DNA of 64,000 bases from sequence record OR062945.1; one strand, 5' to 3'. Each line of letters opens with the position of its first letter. The stretch's first letter is position 1. Both the position numbers and the translations under genes were made by a program. This document shows positions 44,002 through 54,420 of this stretch, in pieces. The DNA is from Escherichia phage 308Ecol101PP. The notes under the pieces are model-generated. The model saw nothing but the letters and a program-made list of their open reading frames with translations. It ran no database searches and was not told where the DNA came from.

Positions 44002-45327
44002 ATGCAATTGAATTCTCGTAATCTAAAAAGTATTATTGATAACGAAGCCTTAGCATATGCGATGTACACCGTTGAAAACCGTGCAATCCCAAACATGATT
44101 GATGGATTTAAGCCGGTTCAACGTTTTGTGGTTCATCGTGCGTTAGATTTGGCTCGTGGTAATAAAGAAAAATTTCATAAACTTGCGTCAATTGCAGGCG
44201 GTGTTGCAGATTTAGGTTATCACCATGGTGAATCTTCTGCACAAGATGCAGGTGCATTGATGGCTAACACATGGAACAACAACTATCCGTTGTTAGATGG
44301 CCAAGGCAACTTTGGTTCTAGAACAGTCCAAAAAGCTGCAGCATCTCGTTATATTTTTGCTCGTGTAAGTAAAAATTTCTATAACGTATATAAAGATACT
44401 GAATATGCTCCAGCTCATGAAGATAAAGAACACATTCCACCAAAATTCTATCTTCCTATTATTCCGACAGTTCTTTTGAATGGTGTCTCTGGTATTGCAA
44501 CCGGTTACGCAACAAATATTCTGCCTCATAGTTTTAAATCAGTCAAAAAGGCTGTATTACAAGCTCTTCAAGGTAAAAATGTCACTAAGCCAAAAGTTGA
44601 ATTCCCGGAATTCCGTGGTGAAGTACATGAAGTTGATGGGCGTTATGAGATTCACGGAACATATAAGTTCACATCTCGCACTCAAATGCAGATAACTGAA
44701 ATCCCGTATAAATTCGACCGTGAAACGTATGTGAGTAAGGTTCTTGACCCGTTGGAAGACAAAGGTCTAATCTCATGGGAAGATGATTGCGGTGAACACG
44801 GCTTTGGATTTAAGGTGAAGTTCCGTAAAGAGTACTCGCTTCCTGATGATGAAGAGCTACGTCATGAAAAAATCATGAAAGATTTTAGTCTCATCGAACG
44901 TCGTTCACAAAACATCACAGTGATTAATGAAAAGGGTAAATTAGCGGTCTATGATAACGTAGTAGACTTAATCAAAGATTTTGTTGAAGTCCGTAAGACT
45001 TACGTTCAGAAACGTATTGACAACAAAATCCTTGAATCTGAAAAAGCATTTAAACTTGCTTTTGCTAAGGCGCACTTCATCAAAAAAGTTATCAACGGTG
45101 AAATTGTGATTCAAGGCAAGACTCGTAAAGCTTTGACTGAAGAGCTAGCACAAATCGAAATGTATAAAGAACATGTCGATAAACTGGTAGGTCTTAACAT
45201 CTTCCATATCACTTCCGATGAAGCACGTAAATTAGCAGAAGAAGCTAAAGCTAAGAAAGAAGAAAATGAGTATTGGAAGTCTACTGATGTTGTGACAGAG
45301 TACACTAAAGACTTGGAGGCACTTTGA
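44002..45327 (+). CDS. 52: gp52 DNA topoisomerase II medium subunit (GyrA-like)
   Basis: 441 aa; GyrA-type N-terminal region (IPNMIDGFKPVQRFVVH), active-site region; T4 gene order. Confidence 0.9.
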   Translation: MQLNSRNLKSIIDNEALAYAMYTVENRAIPNMIDGFKPVQRFVVHRALDLARGNKEKFHKLASIAGGVADLGYHHGESSAQDAGALMANTWNNNYPLLDGQGNFGSRTVQKAAASRYIFARVSKNFYNVYKDTEYAPAHEDKEHIPPKFYLPIIPTVLLNGVSGIATGYATNILPHSFKSVKKAVLQALQGKNVTKPKVEFPEFRGEVHEVDGRYEIHGTYKFTSRTQMQITEIPYKFDRETYVSKVLDPLEDKGLISWEDDCGEHGFGFKVKFRKEYSLPDDEELRHEKIMKDFSLIERRSQNITVINEKGKLAVYDNVVDLIKDFVEVRKTYVQKRIDNKILESEKAFKLAFAKAHFIKKVINGEIVIQGKTRKALTEELAQIEMYKEHVDKLVGLNIFHITSDEARKLAEEAKAKKEENEYWKSTDVVTEYTKDLEAL

Positions 45328-45403
45328 GTGCCCTAGCCTTAGGATTTCTCAGTGCAATAGCTGCACTAGTGATTTGGCTGTATTGGTTGGACAAACATGA
45401 TTA

Positions 45404-45437
45404 GGGAGCTTCGGCTCCCTTTTGTGCATTTTTTTTT
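45404..45437 (+). terminator. intrinsic terminator, UUCG hairpin plus T-rich tract
   Basis: GGGAGC-TTCG-GCTCCC followed by TTTTGTGCATTTTTTTTT. Confidence 0.75.
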
Positions 45438-45446
45438 CACAAAACA

Positions 45447-45475
45447 GTTTACATGTGCTTCAAACATGATATTAT
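45447..45475 (+). promoter_or_regulatory. early promoter
   Basis: GTTTAC, 17-nt spacer, TATTAT, AGACCTATCAA. Confidence 0.6.
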
Positions 45476-45514
45476 AGACCTATCAAATCAAAACAACCAA
45501 ATTGGAGAAATAAA

Positions 45515-46147
45515 ATGTCTAAAGTTACTTACATCATCAAAGCTTCTGAAAACGCTCTGAATGAAAAAACTGCTGCAATAATGGTTTATATCATTAAGAA
45601 CAACTTCACCACTGCTGCCAATGTCCGTGAAGCTCTGGAAGCAGAATACAATGCATCGGTTGTTAACTCTAACATTGGTGTATTGATTAAGAAAGGTTTA
45701 GTCGAAAAATCTGGTGATGGACTTGTAGCAACAGGCGAAGCAATGGATATTATCCAAAAAGCTGCAGACCTCTTTGCCCAAGAAAATGCTCCAGAACTTC
45801 TTCAGAAACGTAACACTAGAAAAGCACGTGGAGTTACTCCTGAAATGCATGAATTAGCAAACTTTGTTTTTGAAAATATTAAAGATAAAGTTGAAGTTAA
45901 AGAAATTGGTGAAAACCGTAGTAACTTGGAAGTTCGATTCGCTAAACGAGTTCTAGGCATTCGCCAAATTGAAATTCGACGAGATGGCGCTCTTAGAATC
46001 TTTGCATACAACATGTCAGAAACTGAATCAAAGCTGTTTACTTCTCTTGAAAATGATGTTAAGATTAAGATCGGTGGTAAATATACTTACATTGACTTCC
46101 CTAATGTGTCCAAAGAAATCATTACCCTTGTAACTAACGTACTGTGA
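45515..46147 (+). CDS. motA: MotA middle-transcription activator
   Basis: 210 aa; MSKVTYIIKAS..., NSNIGVLIKKGLVEKSGDGL, QENAPELL match T4 MotA as recalled. Confidence 0.8.
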   Translation: MSKVTYIIKASENALNEKTAAIMVYIIKNNFTTAANVREALEAEYNASVVNSNIGVLIKKGLVEKSGDGLVATGEAMDIIQKAADLFAQENAPELLQKRNTRKARGVTPEMHELANFVFENIKDKVEVKEIGENRSNLEVRFAKRVLGIRQIEIRRDGALRIFAYNMSETESKLFTSLENDVKIKIGGKYTYIDFPNVSKEIITLVTNVL

Positions 46148-46157
46148 GGAATACATA

Positions 46158-46487
46158 ATGAATAAGCTGAATATTATTAACGAACTTCGTAAATGTGCAG
46201 AACCTACTCAGGAAGGATGGGATATTTGGTACCACGGGGCTTATTTAGGGACAATTGTAAAGATTAAAGCAGGCCAATATACGGTTATTCGTGAAAATAA
46301 TGACGCGCCATTTGGCCTTCGTAAAAACTACATGGCAGCGATCAGTTCATTTGTTGATGCAGCTTACGAAATCTATAAAGAAGATTATAAAGAATATCAA
46401 CAGTCACAACCGGTTATTCGTTCGATTGGTGTAAATAAACAAGCACAAAAATCTATTTGGCAACGTATTAAGGAATGGTTTAAATGA
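46158..46487 (+). CDS. hypothetical protein (109 aa)
   Basis: SD GTGAGGAATACATA. Confidence 0.5.
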   Translation: MNKLNIINELRKCAEPTQEGWDIWYHGAYLGTIVKIKAGQYTVIRENNDAPFGLRKNYMAAISSFVDAAYEIYKEDYKEYQQSQPVIRSIGVNKQAQKSIWQRIKEWFK

Positions 46488-46945
46488 AAACTTTTAAAGA
46501 ACGTTTAGCTCTGTTAGATAAAGCTTTGTCGCGTGAGACTCCGGAAAGTCTAGCTGCTAAATTAGCTTCTTACGGTGGTGAATATACAGAACAAAATGTT
46601 TTAGATGAAGTTCCTGAAATCTGTTGGCAGACTCTGTATTGGGATGAAAACCAAAAGTATCAACGACGAATTGTCTGCGCAGCCAACCGTTTTAAATTAA
46701 AAGATGGACGAACTCTTATTATTCCAGGTGCTCGTCATTACTCTAAAGATATGGCTGAAGTACTTGATATAGTTGGTCCTCAATTAGTCTCGCAACAAGT
46801 TTGTGGCGACGACCAAGGCTTTATCGACCAATACTCTAATTACTGGACGCGTGAAGAAGCAATGATTATTGCAACGTATGCTGGACAGGTACGTATTGAA
46901 CGTGGCGGAAGTGAGAAAGAACTTTATTCAGAGGACCTTTATTAA
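46484..46945 (+). CDS. hypothetical protein (153 aa)
   Basis: ATGA-coupled start. Confidence 0.5.
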   Translation: MKTFKERLALLDKALSRETPESLAAKLASYGGEYTEQNVLDEVPEICWQTLYWDENQKYQRRIVCAANRFKLKDGRTLIIPGARHYSKDMAEVLDIVGPQLVSQQVCGDDQGFIDQYSNYWTREEAMIIATYAGQVRIERGGSEKELYSEDLY

Positions 46946-47226
46946 TGAATATTAAACAACTCCAGATTGATGCTATTGAAGCCCACATTAATCATATCAA
47001 ACGCCTGAATGCTATGATGGAAGAAAATTATGGTATGTATGCTAATCAGCCTGGTTGGGATGCTTTAGACCATCCTTATTTGGTTAATTTATGTAAAGGT
47101 GACACGTTAGCAATTATTCGTGATGGGTTAAAACCTTTCTTGCGTGACATGTATATTAAAATGAACGAAGAAATTATTAGCTCGTTGCAATATCAATTAA
47201 GGAAATTAGACGATGAGAATAATTGA
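46945..47226 (+). CDS. hypothetical protein (93 aa)
   Basis: TAATG-coupled start. Confidence 0.5.
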   Translation: MNIKQLQIDAIEAHINHIKRLNAMMEENYGMYANQPGWDALDHPYLVNLCKGDTLAIIRDGLKPFLRDMYIKMNEEIISSLQYQLRKLDDENN

Positions 47227-47437
47227 TTCTAAAGTAGATTATTTTAATTCCGTTAATGATAAGAATAAAGCTTTAATTCGCCACTTTATTACTGAGATGG
47301 GTTATACCGACTCTAAAGATTTGAAAGAGCACATTATCGAATGTTCTGTGGCTAAAAAGTTTTCTTTCACAGACAAATGTTTAAACGAGGTTATAAAGCA
47401 TTATGAACAATCTTGTAGCAAAACACGATTTCAATAA
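47213..47437 (+). CDS. hypothetical protein (74 aa)
   Basis: SD AAGGAAA; overlaps preceding stop. Confidence 0.45.
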   Translation: MRIIDSKVDYFNSVNDKNKALIRHFITEMGYTDSKDLKEHIIECSVAKKFSFTDKCLNEVIKHYEQSCSKTRFQ

Positions 47438-47511
47438 GGCTTCCGTCCATAAGGACAAAAAGAAATCAGAACTTCAATCTAAACGTAAACAAAAACATAA
47501 GGGTAAAGACT

Positions 47512-47811
47512 ATGCTTACTAAAATCAAAGAAAATCCTGCCACTGAACTTGTTATTCGATGTGAAGAACTTGCAGAGCTTTATCAGGTTAACCGAGAAGT
47601 GTGTCGTAGTGTTATCGTAGATATGGAAGATGAAGTCTGTTCTCGAATTGAGTTTAGTGTTGATTTCAGTCATTCTAAACCCGGTGAAATCACTATCGTA
47701 TTTGGTTCTGACTACACTGAAGAACAGGCTCTTAATGTCTTAGAATATGAAATGTCATTCTTTGACATACAGGACTACATTGATAGTTATAAGGAACAAT
47801 ATGAGTCATAA
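47512..47811 (+). CDS. hypothetical acidic protein (99 aa), possible Arn-like anti-restriction protein by position
   Basis: SD AAGGGTAAAGACT; net acidic; sits between motA and asiA. Confidence 0.4.
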   Translation: MLTKIKENPATELVIRCEELAELYQVNREVCRSVIVDMEDEVCSRIEFSVDFSHSKPGEITIVFGSDYTEEQALNVLEYEMSFFDIQDYIDSYKEQYES

Positions 47812-47962
47812 TCTTCAGAACGTAGTAGAGGCCGAACGTGAGCGTGAGGCTTTAGTCTATAATGAACTATTAGTTCAGTTCTTGGCCTTACACTCGTACG
47901 AACAGGAAGACTATACCAATTACGTTAAAAGCGTAGAAAAAGCTGTTTACAATCAACACTGA
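47801..47962 (+). CDS. hypothetical protein (53 aa)
   Basis: ATG 47801 overlapping preceding gene; ORF track begins at 47747. Confidence 0.35.
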   Translation: MSHNLQNVVEAEREREALVYNELLVQFLALHSYEQEDYTNYVKSVEKAVYNQH

Positions 47963-47972
47963 TAATGGTACT
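47943..47972 (+). promoter_or_regulatory. early promoter upstream of asiA
   Basis: GTTTAC, 18-nt spacer, TACTAT. Confidence 0.55.
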
Positions 47973-48008
47973 ATATCCATATCAACTAAGTGGAATGAAT
48001 AAAACGTT

Positions 48009-48281
48009 ATGAATAAAGACATTGAAATCGTACGTGAAATTATTACTATTGCTTCTATTTTGATTAAATTCTCTAGGGAAGATATTGTTGAAGACCGAGC
48101 AAGTTTCATCGGATTCTTGAATGAGATTGGAATTAAAAAAGATGGTCGGCAGCTAAATCAGAATTCTTTTAGAAAACTAATTACAAATTTAACTGCCGAA
48201 GAAAAGAAAACACTGATTAGTGAATTCAATGAAGGTTTTGAAAATATTTATCGTCATTTAGCGATGTATTCTAACAACTAA
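48009..48281 (+). CDS. asiA: AsiA anti-sigma-70 factor
   Basis: 90 aa; VREIITIASILIKFSREDIVE..., NQNSFRK, LISEFNEGFE match T4 AsiA as recalled. Confidence 0.85.
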   Translation: MNKDIEIVREIITIASILIKFSREDIVEDRASFIGFLNEIGIKKDGRQLNQNSFRKLITNLTAEEKKTLISEFNEGFENIYRHLAMYSNN

Positions 48282-48941
48282 TTATTTAGCCCTTCCTAGT
48301 ATTCGGATCGCTTGGTTGCATATAGCCGCTAAGCGATCTTCCTCAAGTATATTACTCCCCTTATACCAATACATCGTCACAGTTCCGGCATAGATGTTAT
48401 CCAAATTAAAGTATGGACAACTATACATATAAGAAAGTTCGGCAGTCTTAGATTTTGTAGGCAAAAATGCAAATTCTGATTTAGATGAGAAATGACGGCC
48501 ACTTAAATGAATTATATATTCATTGGCCGTTTTATCCACCGGGAATCCGCCAAGGGACTTTTCAGAAATTGTGCTAGGTAGTTTGCCTTCATAAGCTATA
48601 AGGTCGACAAAATAATTTAAGTTTTTAGGTCTGAAAGAATACACAGCACTAAAATCTGCACCAGATGAGATATGAACTATTTGCAGTTGTTCTAGAGCCG
48701 CAGATTCAAAACGTAAAGCTCGTTCTTTTTGGATTATTTCAGTATAAGTATCATACTTAGCTCTTACATAATAATCCAGCAAAATACTTCCTTTGTACCA
48801 TATTAGTGCCATTAGGAACAAAAGAATAATTACCGCTACTCGGGACATTAAAACCTTTCCGGTAGCGTTATCTTTGAAAATACGATCTAGCAACCCAAAT
48901 AGAATATCACTAAGCGAAAATGATACTTTTGGTGTTGCCAT
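48282..48941 (-). CDS. t: holin T
   Basis: 219 aa; single N-terminal TM helix (VAVIILLFLMALIWY) plus large C-terminal domain; position next to gene 38. Confidence 0.8.
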   Translation of the reverse strand: MATPKVSFSLSDILFGLLDRIFKDNATGKVLMSRVAVIILLFLMALIWYKGSILLDYYVRAKYDTYTEIIQKERALRFESAALEQLQIVHISSGADFSAVYSFRPKNLNYFVDLIAYEGKLPSTISEKSLGGFPVDKTANEYIIHLSGRHFSSKSEFAFLPTKSKTAELSYMYSCPYFNLDNIYAGTVTMYWYKGSNILEEDRLAAICNQAIRILGRAK

Positions 48942-48950
48942 AATACCTCC

Positions 48951-49502
48951 TTACTTAAAGATATTTATAATCGCTTTGATAATAGATTTGTTTTCAAGGT
49001 CAGGGAATTTAGGGAATTCGCCGCCAAGATGTTCATGTTTTTCTAAAAGGGCAAAGAATTTTTTGAGCTCTTTAAATTTTCGTTTTTCTTCTCTATTAGC
49101 AACCTCTGCGTCAATAAGAGAACTTAAAACACTGAATAATTTATAGAGTTCATGAATTTTCTTATCACGTTGAACTACGCGTTTATATGCTTCATCTTCC
49201 TTCCACCCGTCGTCGGTCCAAATGTCAAATTCACCGGGTTCTTCTGTAGTAACATTTTGAAGAGCACCTGGAGTGTCAATAACAATTTTTTGCTTATCAT
49301 AAGTCCATACTGTTTTTCCACGATGGTCTTCAACATATACCCATTCTTGTTCGCGTTCATCAAATACAACAGCATAGCCTTCTTTAGGGTCTAAAGGTTT
49401 TTTTGGTGTCGAATGAGCCGGAAATCCTACGCCTTTTAATGGTTTATAATTTTCTTCTTTGTAAAATTCTTTAGTGTCAAAATAATAGTGATAGAGTTTC
49501 AT
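48951..49502 (-). CDS. 38: gp38 long tail fibre assembly chaperone (T4-type)
   Basis: 183 aa; MKLYHYYFDTKEFYKEENYKP..., FALLEKHEHLGGEFP match T4 gp38 as recalled. Confidence 0.8.
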   Translation of the reverse strand: MKLYHYYFDTKEFYKEENYKPLKGVGFPAHSTPKKPLDPKEGYAVVFDEREQEWVYVEDHRGKTVWTYDKQKIVIDTPGALQNVTTEEPGEFDIWTDDGWKEDEAYKRVVQRDKKIHELYKLFSVLSSLIDAEVANREEKRKFKELKKFFALLEKHEHLGGEFPKFPDLENKSIIKAIINIFK

Positions 49503-49528
49503 ATTATAAAAAAGGGACAGAAGTCCCT
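49503..49528 (-). terminator. minus-strand terminator between genes 37 and 38
   Basis: Minus-strand AGGGAC-UUCU-GUCCCU followed by U-run. Confidence 0.5.
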
Positions 49529-49533
49529 TCTCC

Positions 49534-52500
49534 TTATGCTAAACGAACGATATAGTTAAAAGCAACGTTTTTAACTGTGTTTTCTGTATTTCCTGTGGCA
49601 TTTACAGTTATTGTATGACCATGAGAACCAATCGCTACCGAATGAGAGTGGGCACCAATACCTACAGTATGTGTATGGGCACCAATACCAACGGTGTGGG
49701 CATGGTTACCTGTGGTACTTGTAGTTCCTGACCAACTATGAGTGTGGGCACCATCTGAAGAAGTTTTGGCCATATTCGACGCTGCAGTAGCACCGCTCAC
49801 GGATCCAGTGATTTTAGCGTTGCCGTTTGGTCCCGCACTATTGTATCCATCATAGAATATGCTAGTGGGTACGCCGCCTTGTATCTGAGGGCCTGAACGC
49901 GCGTGTTGGTGCGCACCAGCGGAACCAGTATTACCACTCACTGTATGGTTATGATTACCAGTGGTATTGCTGGTCTTAGTACCATAGTCGAAGCTACTTG
50001 TCGTCTTAGTACCATAATCAAAACTTGACGTGGTCTTAGTACCCAAATCTGTGCTTGATGCACTTGCACTATGGCTATGTGACTTAACACCGTCTGCTTC
50101 TGTACTTAGTACAGCACGCCCGGATGGTTTACCCTTGATAGTTTGACCACGCATATCAGGCAGAGCGCCGGAAGGATACACCGCAGCTAACTTAGGATAC
50201 AAGCCAGCATCAAATGTTTGACCTTCCATTATGGCATAACCTTCAGGAGGTGTATCAGTAGGCCAAGGAATCGGAGCACCAATTGGATAACTTGAGACAA
50301 TATCTGTCTTAAGGTTATTTATTGTGGTATTCAAGTTAGCAAAATTACCAGAACCACCAGTAATATTACCATCAGTACCGAATTGAGCATTACCAACTTT
50401 TAATGGTTTAGTAATATCGACAGAATCAGAGTTTAATGCAATACCATGTGAATATGTGTAGCTGTGCATACGAACGACGTTGCCGCCATCGCCAATACCT
50501 AAATACCATTTCGGAACATCTGCTTTACGTCCTTGAATGAAGTTAGAAGACTCTTGTGTTGGAGCATTTATTCTAATAGCATCTGATGCCATATTTACTG
50601 TTATGCGTTGACCAGCCGTAGTACCAGTTGTATCTACTTTAAATCTACCACCGCCGATATCTACTACATGGTCCATAGAAACTTGGCCATCGCCTAAATT
50701 GATATAAAACGGGCGAAGATTACTTATTCCACCACTTTCACCGGCATCTTTAGGAGTCGGAATAATGTACAGACTTGTTTCTGAACGTCGGAAAATAGCG
50801 CCGTATTCAGCGTTCCAAATTCTTAATGCGTCGGCTGTTCCACCGAATTTAGCTTGGCCGTTTACAGATAATCCATTATTTGCAACTAAACTTGATTCGC
50901 TAACAATAGAACCGGCCGATATAATACCACCACCCACACGTAAAGCGCCGGAAATTCTGAATTGAAGAGCACCGACAGTTTCAGAACCCGTCGGTGCTAA
51001 ACGTTGAGAATAAAAATGATAGCCCTGGCCATCATACAATTCAAATACGGTTTCACGATTACCGGCGGTGGAGTCGAATGCATTACCCCAGGCTTTCATA
51101 GTCAGATAACTTTTATTTTGTCCTGAACGGGTCCCGGCGTTCCACTGGATAGTTCTCGAGCCATCAACTTTGCTAGGGGCGCCAAATTTAAGGCCTTCGG
51201 TATTATTAGAACTATTTAAAAATAATTCGTTGTCTAATTTAACAGGTTGGATAGAAGAAATAGTGCCGTCAGCATAAAACTGTACATTATTAGAGCCAGT
51301 TACCAATTTCAAAATACCCGGATTAACTTCCATGCCTTCTTGAGTATTAATATTAGTTTTGCCTTTACCACGGAAATAGTGGTTCATTTTTCCGCCAGAA
51401 TTATATCCAATATGGGTTTGACCATCTCCAGCAGAGTTTTCATCAGCCTGAGTTTGGACTGATAAAAGAGCGGCGTTGGTTCCAGGCATAATCCATGTGG
51501 TTCCTTGGTCTTCTGAACGTCCAAATAAACCTTTGCGAGTACTACGGAAACTGTCAGGAGTAATAGAAGCAACAGAATTCCCTGAACCAACTAAATCATA
51601 AACACCGGTTTTTTTGTATGATAGCCCCGTCCCGTTATCGCCTAGAGCTAAATAAACACCGAATCCTAAAGCGGCACCATTACCATAGTCGCTTGACGGG
51701 TATCCTGCAGTCACAGTACCGATGGCCAGGCTATTGCGGATAATCATTCTGCCGTCATTACGAATACCATATAATTTAAATGATGGTGTATTACCAGACC
51801 ACCAAGAAACTTCATCAGCCTGGCCTGTTTGTGCAGTAACAATTTCATGATACATTGTACTACCGGATTTAGCTCGCACTTTACGAAGATAGTTTACACC
51901 ATTCGTTTCGCCGGTGCCTGGATATACATAATTAACTAATGAATCTGTATCATATACACCAAAGGCTTTGCCACCGTGGATAACTGTATCAGCTGCAATG
52001 CGTTTAGTTACTAACGAATCTGATGCTAAAATACGGTTGGCTTGAAATTCACCGCCGTTTATAGAACGGAAATAGAATTCGCTATTAACGGTGCTTCCTG
52101 TTCCTTGTCTAACTCTAAGACGTATTTCACCATCAGTTGTAGTTTGAGGACGAGCATATATAACGCCTCGTTCAGTGCCATCAGCATTTTCAAACCATAA
52201 ATGGGCATTTGATGTTTCACCAGGTGAAGCTCTTGTATAAAACGAACCTTGCAATGCTCTAAAAGTTTGAGCTGAAATACTAGTACCAGCGGTAATCTGG
52301 CCACTTGTGGAAAAATTTCCAAAATTGTTTATTGGCCCATTAACACGTAAAGTTCCATTAATAGTAACGTTGCCGTCAACCTGGCCACCTTTAGCAAAGC
52401 CTAGGCTAATAATATTACCGAGGTCATCTTTAGTAAAAAGAGTTCGATCTTTTAAGTTTATCGCTAATTCGCCTTCGGCTAATTGTGCTGCAGTAGGATT

Positions 52501-52551
52501 AACTCCTGCCACTTTGCTTCTTTTAAATTGTATCTGTTTTAATGTAGCCAT
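49534..52551 (-). CDS. 37: gp37 long tail fibre distal subunit (receptor-binding)
   Basis: 1005 aa; C-terminal His-x-His boxes (GNHNHT, GAHQHA, GAHTHS, GNHAHT, GAHTHT, GAHSHS, GSHGHT); order 34-35-36-37-38. Confidence 0.9.
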   Translation of the reverse strand: MATLKQIQFKRSKVAGVNPTAAQLAEGELAINLKDRTLFTKDDLGNIISLGFAKGGQVDGNVTINGTLRVNGPINNFGNFSTSGQITAGTSISAQTFRALQGSFYTRASPGETSNAHLWFENADGTERGVIYARPQTTTDGEIRLRVRQGTGSTVNSEFYFRSINGGEFQANRILASDSLVTKRIAADTVIHGGKAFGVYDTDSLVNYVYPGTGETNGVNYLRKVRAKSGSTMYHEIVTAQTGQADEVSWWSGNTPSFKLYGIRNDGRMIIRNSLAIGTVTAGYPSSDYGNGAALGFGVYLALGDNGTGLSYKKTGVYDLVGSGNSVASITPDSFRSTRKGLFGRSEDQGTTWIMPGTNAALLSVQTQADENSAGDGQTHIGYNSGGKMNHYFRGKGKTNINTQEGMEVNPGILKLVTGSNNVQFYADGTISSIQPVKLDNELFLNSSNNTEGLKFGAPSKVDGSRTIQWNAGTRSGQNKSYLTMKAWGNAFDSTAGNRETVFELYDGQGYHFYSQRLAPTGSETVGALQFRISGALRVGGGIISAGSIVSESSLVANNGLSVNGQAKFGGTADALRIWNAEYGAIFRRSETSLYIIPTPKDAGESGGISNLRPFYINLGDGQVSMDHVVDIGGGRFKVDTTGTTAGQRITVNMASDAIRINAPTQESSNFIQGRKADVPKWYLGIGDGGNVVRMHSYTYSHGIALNSDSVDITKPLKVGNAQFGTDGNITGGSGNFANLNTTINNLKTDIVSSYPIGAPIPWPTDTPPEGYAIMEGQTFDAGLYPKLAAVYPSGALPDMRGQTIKGKPSGRAVLSTEADGVKSHSHSASASSTDLGTKTTSSFDYGTKTTSSFDYGTKTSNTTGNHNHTVSGNTGSAGAHQHARSGPQIQGGVPTSIFYDGYNSAGPNGNAKITGSVSGATAASNMAKTSSDGAHTHSWSGTTSTTGNHAHTVGIGAHTHTVGIGAHSHSVAIGSHGHTITVNATGNTENTVKNVAFNYIVRLA
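49972..50062 (-). repeat. three tandem ~30-nt repeats inside gene 37 (protein repeat [10 protein letters not shown])
   Basis: GTCTTAGTACCATA...-like unit repeated three times on the + strand; in-frame within gp37. Confidence 0.6.
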
Positions 52552-52559
52552 AAGTCCTC

Positions 52560-53222
52560 TTAATAATAGCCGAAATCTTGAACAGAATCTTTAATTACAA
52601 TCTGGTCGAAACGAGGAACATGATTAGCCTCAGACGCCGGATTCTGTGAGAAAAAGTTTGGTGCTGTTAAAGTACCAATCATGGTATCGCCAGAACGCAA
52701 TACACGGGAATTTGTGTTATCCGTAACAATATTTATTCGTCCATCAACATAATCTTTTCGTGTGAGATCATTTGCTGCAACCGGAGCAGTAGCGTTAGAA
52801 CGGACAGGACCAATTGCATAAAAACCGCCCTTAGTGCTGATATCACCGGTACGAGCGTTAATAACAACAGTTCGGTCTGCTGAACCTTGTGATGACTTAA
52901 AACCAATACCATTCCACGAAACGATGTCAATATTTGCCATATCAAAAGTAGCTGCATCACCGTTACCTGGATAAACACCACACTGTTGACTACTACCTAC
53001 AGTAGGAACATGTACGCCTCCATTAAATCGAACAGTTGCAGCGTAAGTACCACCATTAGCTTTAGAAACGAAATCGTTATCAGCAGCTTGTGGTTTATTA
53101 TATTCTGAATAGAGTTTAAACGTTTTATACAGGACGTCATCACCTGCTGGCATTAAAGGGAAATTACCTTGATGCCATATAACGGCACCGCCAGTTGTAC
53201 TACCAGCTTTTAAATCGGCCAT
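52560..53222 (-). CDS. 36: gp36 long tail fibre hinge connector
   Basis: 220 aa between 35 and 37; T4 gene order and size. Confidence 0.8.
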   Translation of the reverse strand: MADLKAGSTTGGAVIWHQGNFPLMPAGDDVLYKTFKLYSEYNKPQAADNDFVSKANGGTYAATVRFNGGVHVPTVGSSQQCGVYPGNGDAATFDMANIDIVSWNGIGFKSSQGSADRTVVINARTGDISTKGGFYAIGPVRSNATAPVAANDLTRKDYVDGRINIVTDNTNSRVLRSGDTMIGTLTAPNFFSQNPASEANHVPRFDQIVIKDSVQDFGYY

Positions 53223-53246
53223 AGTTGTCTCCTTATATGTATACCA

Positions 53247-53254
53247 TATTTATA
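53247..53254 (-). promoter_or_regulatory. late promoter TATAAATA (minus strand) upstream of gene 36
   Basis: + strand TATTTATA = minus-strand TATAAATA about 25 nt upstream of gp36 start. Confidence 0.55.
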
Positions 53255-53279
53255 CAAAAATGGGAGACCGAAGTCTCCC
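53255..53279 (-). terminator. minus-strand UUCG hairpin terminator after gene 35
   Basis: Minus-strand GGGAGAC-UUCG-GUCUCCC followed by CAUUUUUG. Confidence 0.6.
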
Positions 53280-53284
53280 TAAAT

Positions 53285-54412
53285 TTATTCTGATGCTTCT
53301 TTAAATTCTTGTCCAAATACCTTACCAGTATCAGTTGAAGATTGAGTAGGTAATGTCATTATGTCTGGAGCACTTAAAGATTCTGAAACATAATTTACAC
53401 GAATACCATTTACACCAAACTCAGCAGGTTTTGAAACACTTCCATTACATGATACTTCAGTGAATATAACGTTTCTTAATCCACCTTGCCCGACTGGAGC
53501 TGTACGATAACAATAAATCGTGTACCCATCAGCTCCAGCAGGAATTTCTATATAGTCTTCATATATCTTCCATTCACCTGCGCCCCCATCAAAGTTTATA
53601 TCCTTAAATGAAATAGGTGAAGTAGAAGGAGATTTAAAGAACCGAATAGAAAGTCGTGTCGTCCCTTGTGCTAACAAATCAGCATCAGCCATTAGTTGGA
53701 ATTTCATATAAAGGAAATCTCCAGGCTTCAATTTATACCCAGCGAGAGGTGTAATAAGGGACGTTGTAGGCATCCTTTTAATTTCATTATTAGTACCTCC
53801 AACAGCAGATAAAAATGTGTCTGTCGATTCGTACGTACGACTAGGGAAGCCGGTAGCACCAATATCATCGATCGTGTCGTACACAACATCAAGTGGTGTA
53901 CTATAGTCGGTTGAAGTTTTCTTATTACTATACTTAATATGTTCTAGTGCTATAGCATTCTTACCAGAAATATAAAATGCTGAATAAGAAATGTCCACTA
54001 TATTTAAAACTTGTTGAGCTAATGGAATAACAGAACTCCCAGCTTTAGTAAACCATGCGAGAACTTCGGGTGGAAAGTTTGTTTTAGCATTAGTAACAAG
54101 AGCAAATATAAAATTTGAAGCGTATGTGTCCATGTAAGTAACGAATGCGCTTGACGTGGCGTCGTTTTCAGTAGAGAAATTATATGTCTTAGATTCAACT
54201 ACTGCACCTGTTGTAGGATTTATTACACGAACGTTTAATCCAACAGAAAAAACCTGGGACCCAAGTGGATTATCTTGGAACTTAATATAAGCAGGAGATG
54301 TTGATAGCGGGCAAGAGCCCGCTATGCTTAATTTAAATCGTACTGAATTGCTTTCCGATAAAAATGGCGTTTGGACGTATCCTTGTCCAAACTTAGCCAT
54401 AAATTTTTCCAT
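53285..54412 (-). CDS. 35: gp35 long tail fibre proximal connector
   Basis: 375 aa between 34 and 36; T4 gene order and size. Confidence 0.8.
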   Translation of the reverse strand: MEKFMAKFGQGYVQTPFLSESNSVRFKLSIAGSCPLSTSPAYIKFQDNPLGSQVFSVGLNVRVINPTTGAVVESKTYNFSTENDATSSAFVTYMDTYASNFIFALVTNAKTNFPPEVLAWFTKAGSSVIPLAQQVLNIVDISYSAFYISGKNAIALEHIKYSNKKTSTDYSTPLDVVYDTIDDIGATGFPSRTYESTDTFLSAVGGTNNEIKRMPTTSLITPLAGYKLKPGDFLYMKFQLMADADLLAQGTTRLSIRFFKSPSTSPISFKDINFDGGAGEWKIYEDYIEIPAGADGYTIYCYRTAPVGQGGLRNVIFTEVSCNGSVSKPAEFGVNGIRVNYVSESLSAPDIMTLPTQSSTDTGKVFGQEFKEASE

Positions 54413-54420
54413 AATACCTC

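Noticed and set aside
45324-45404. 27-codon hydrophobic ORF starting at TTG overlapping the gene 52 stop
   Set aside because: Requires a TTG start with no SD; it does not resemble the T4 Stp peptide as I recall it; left unannotated.
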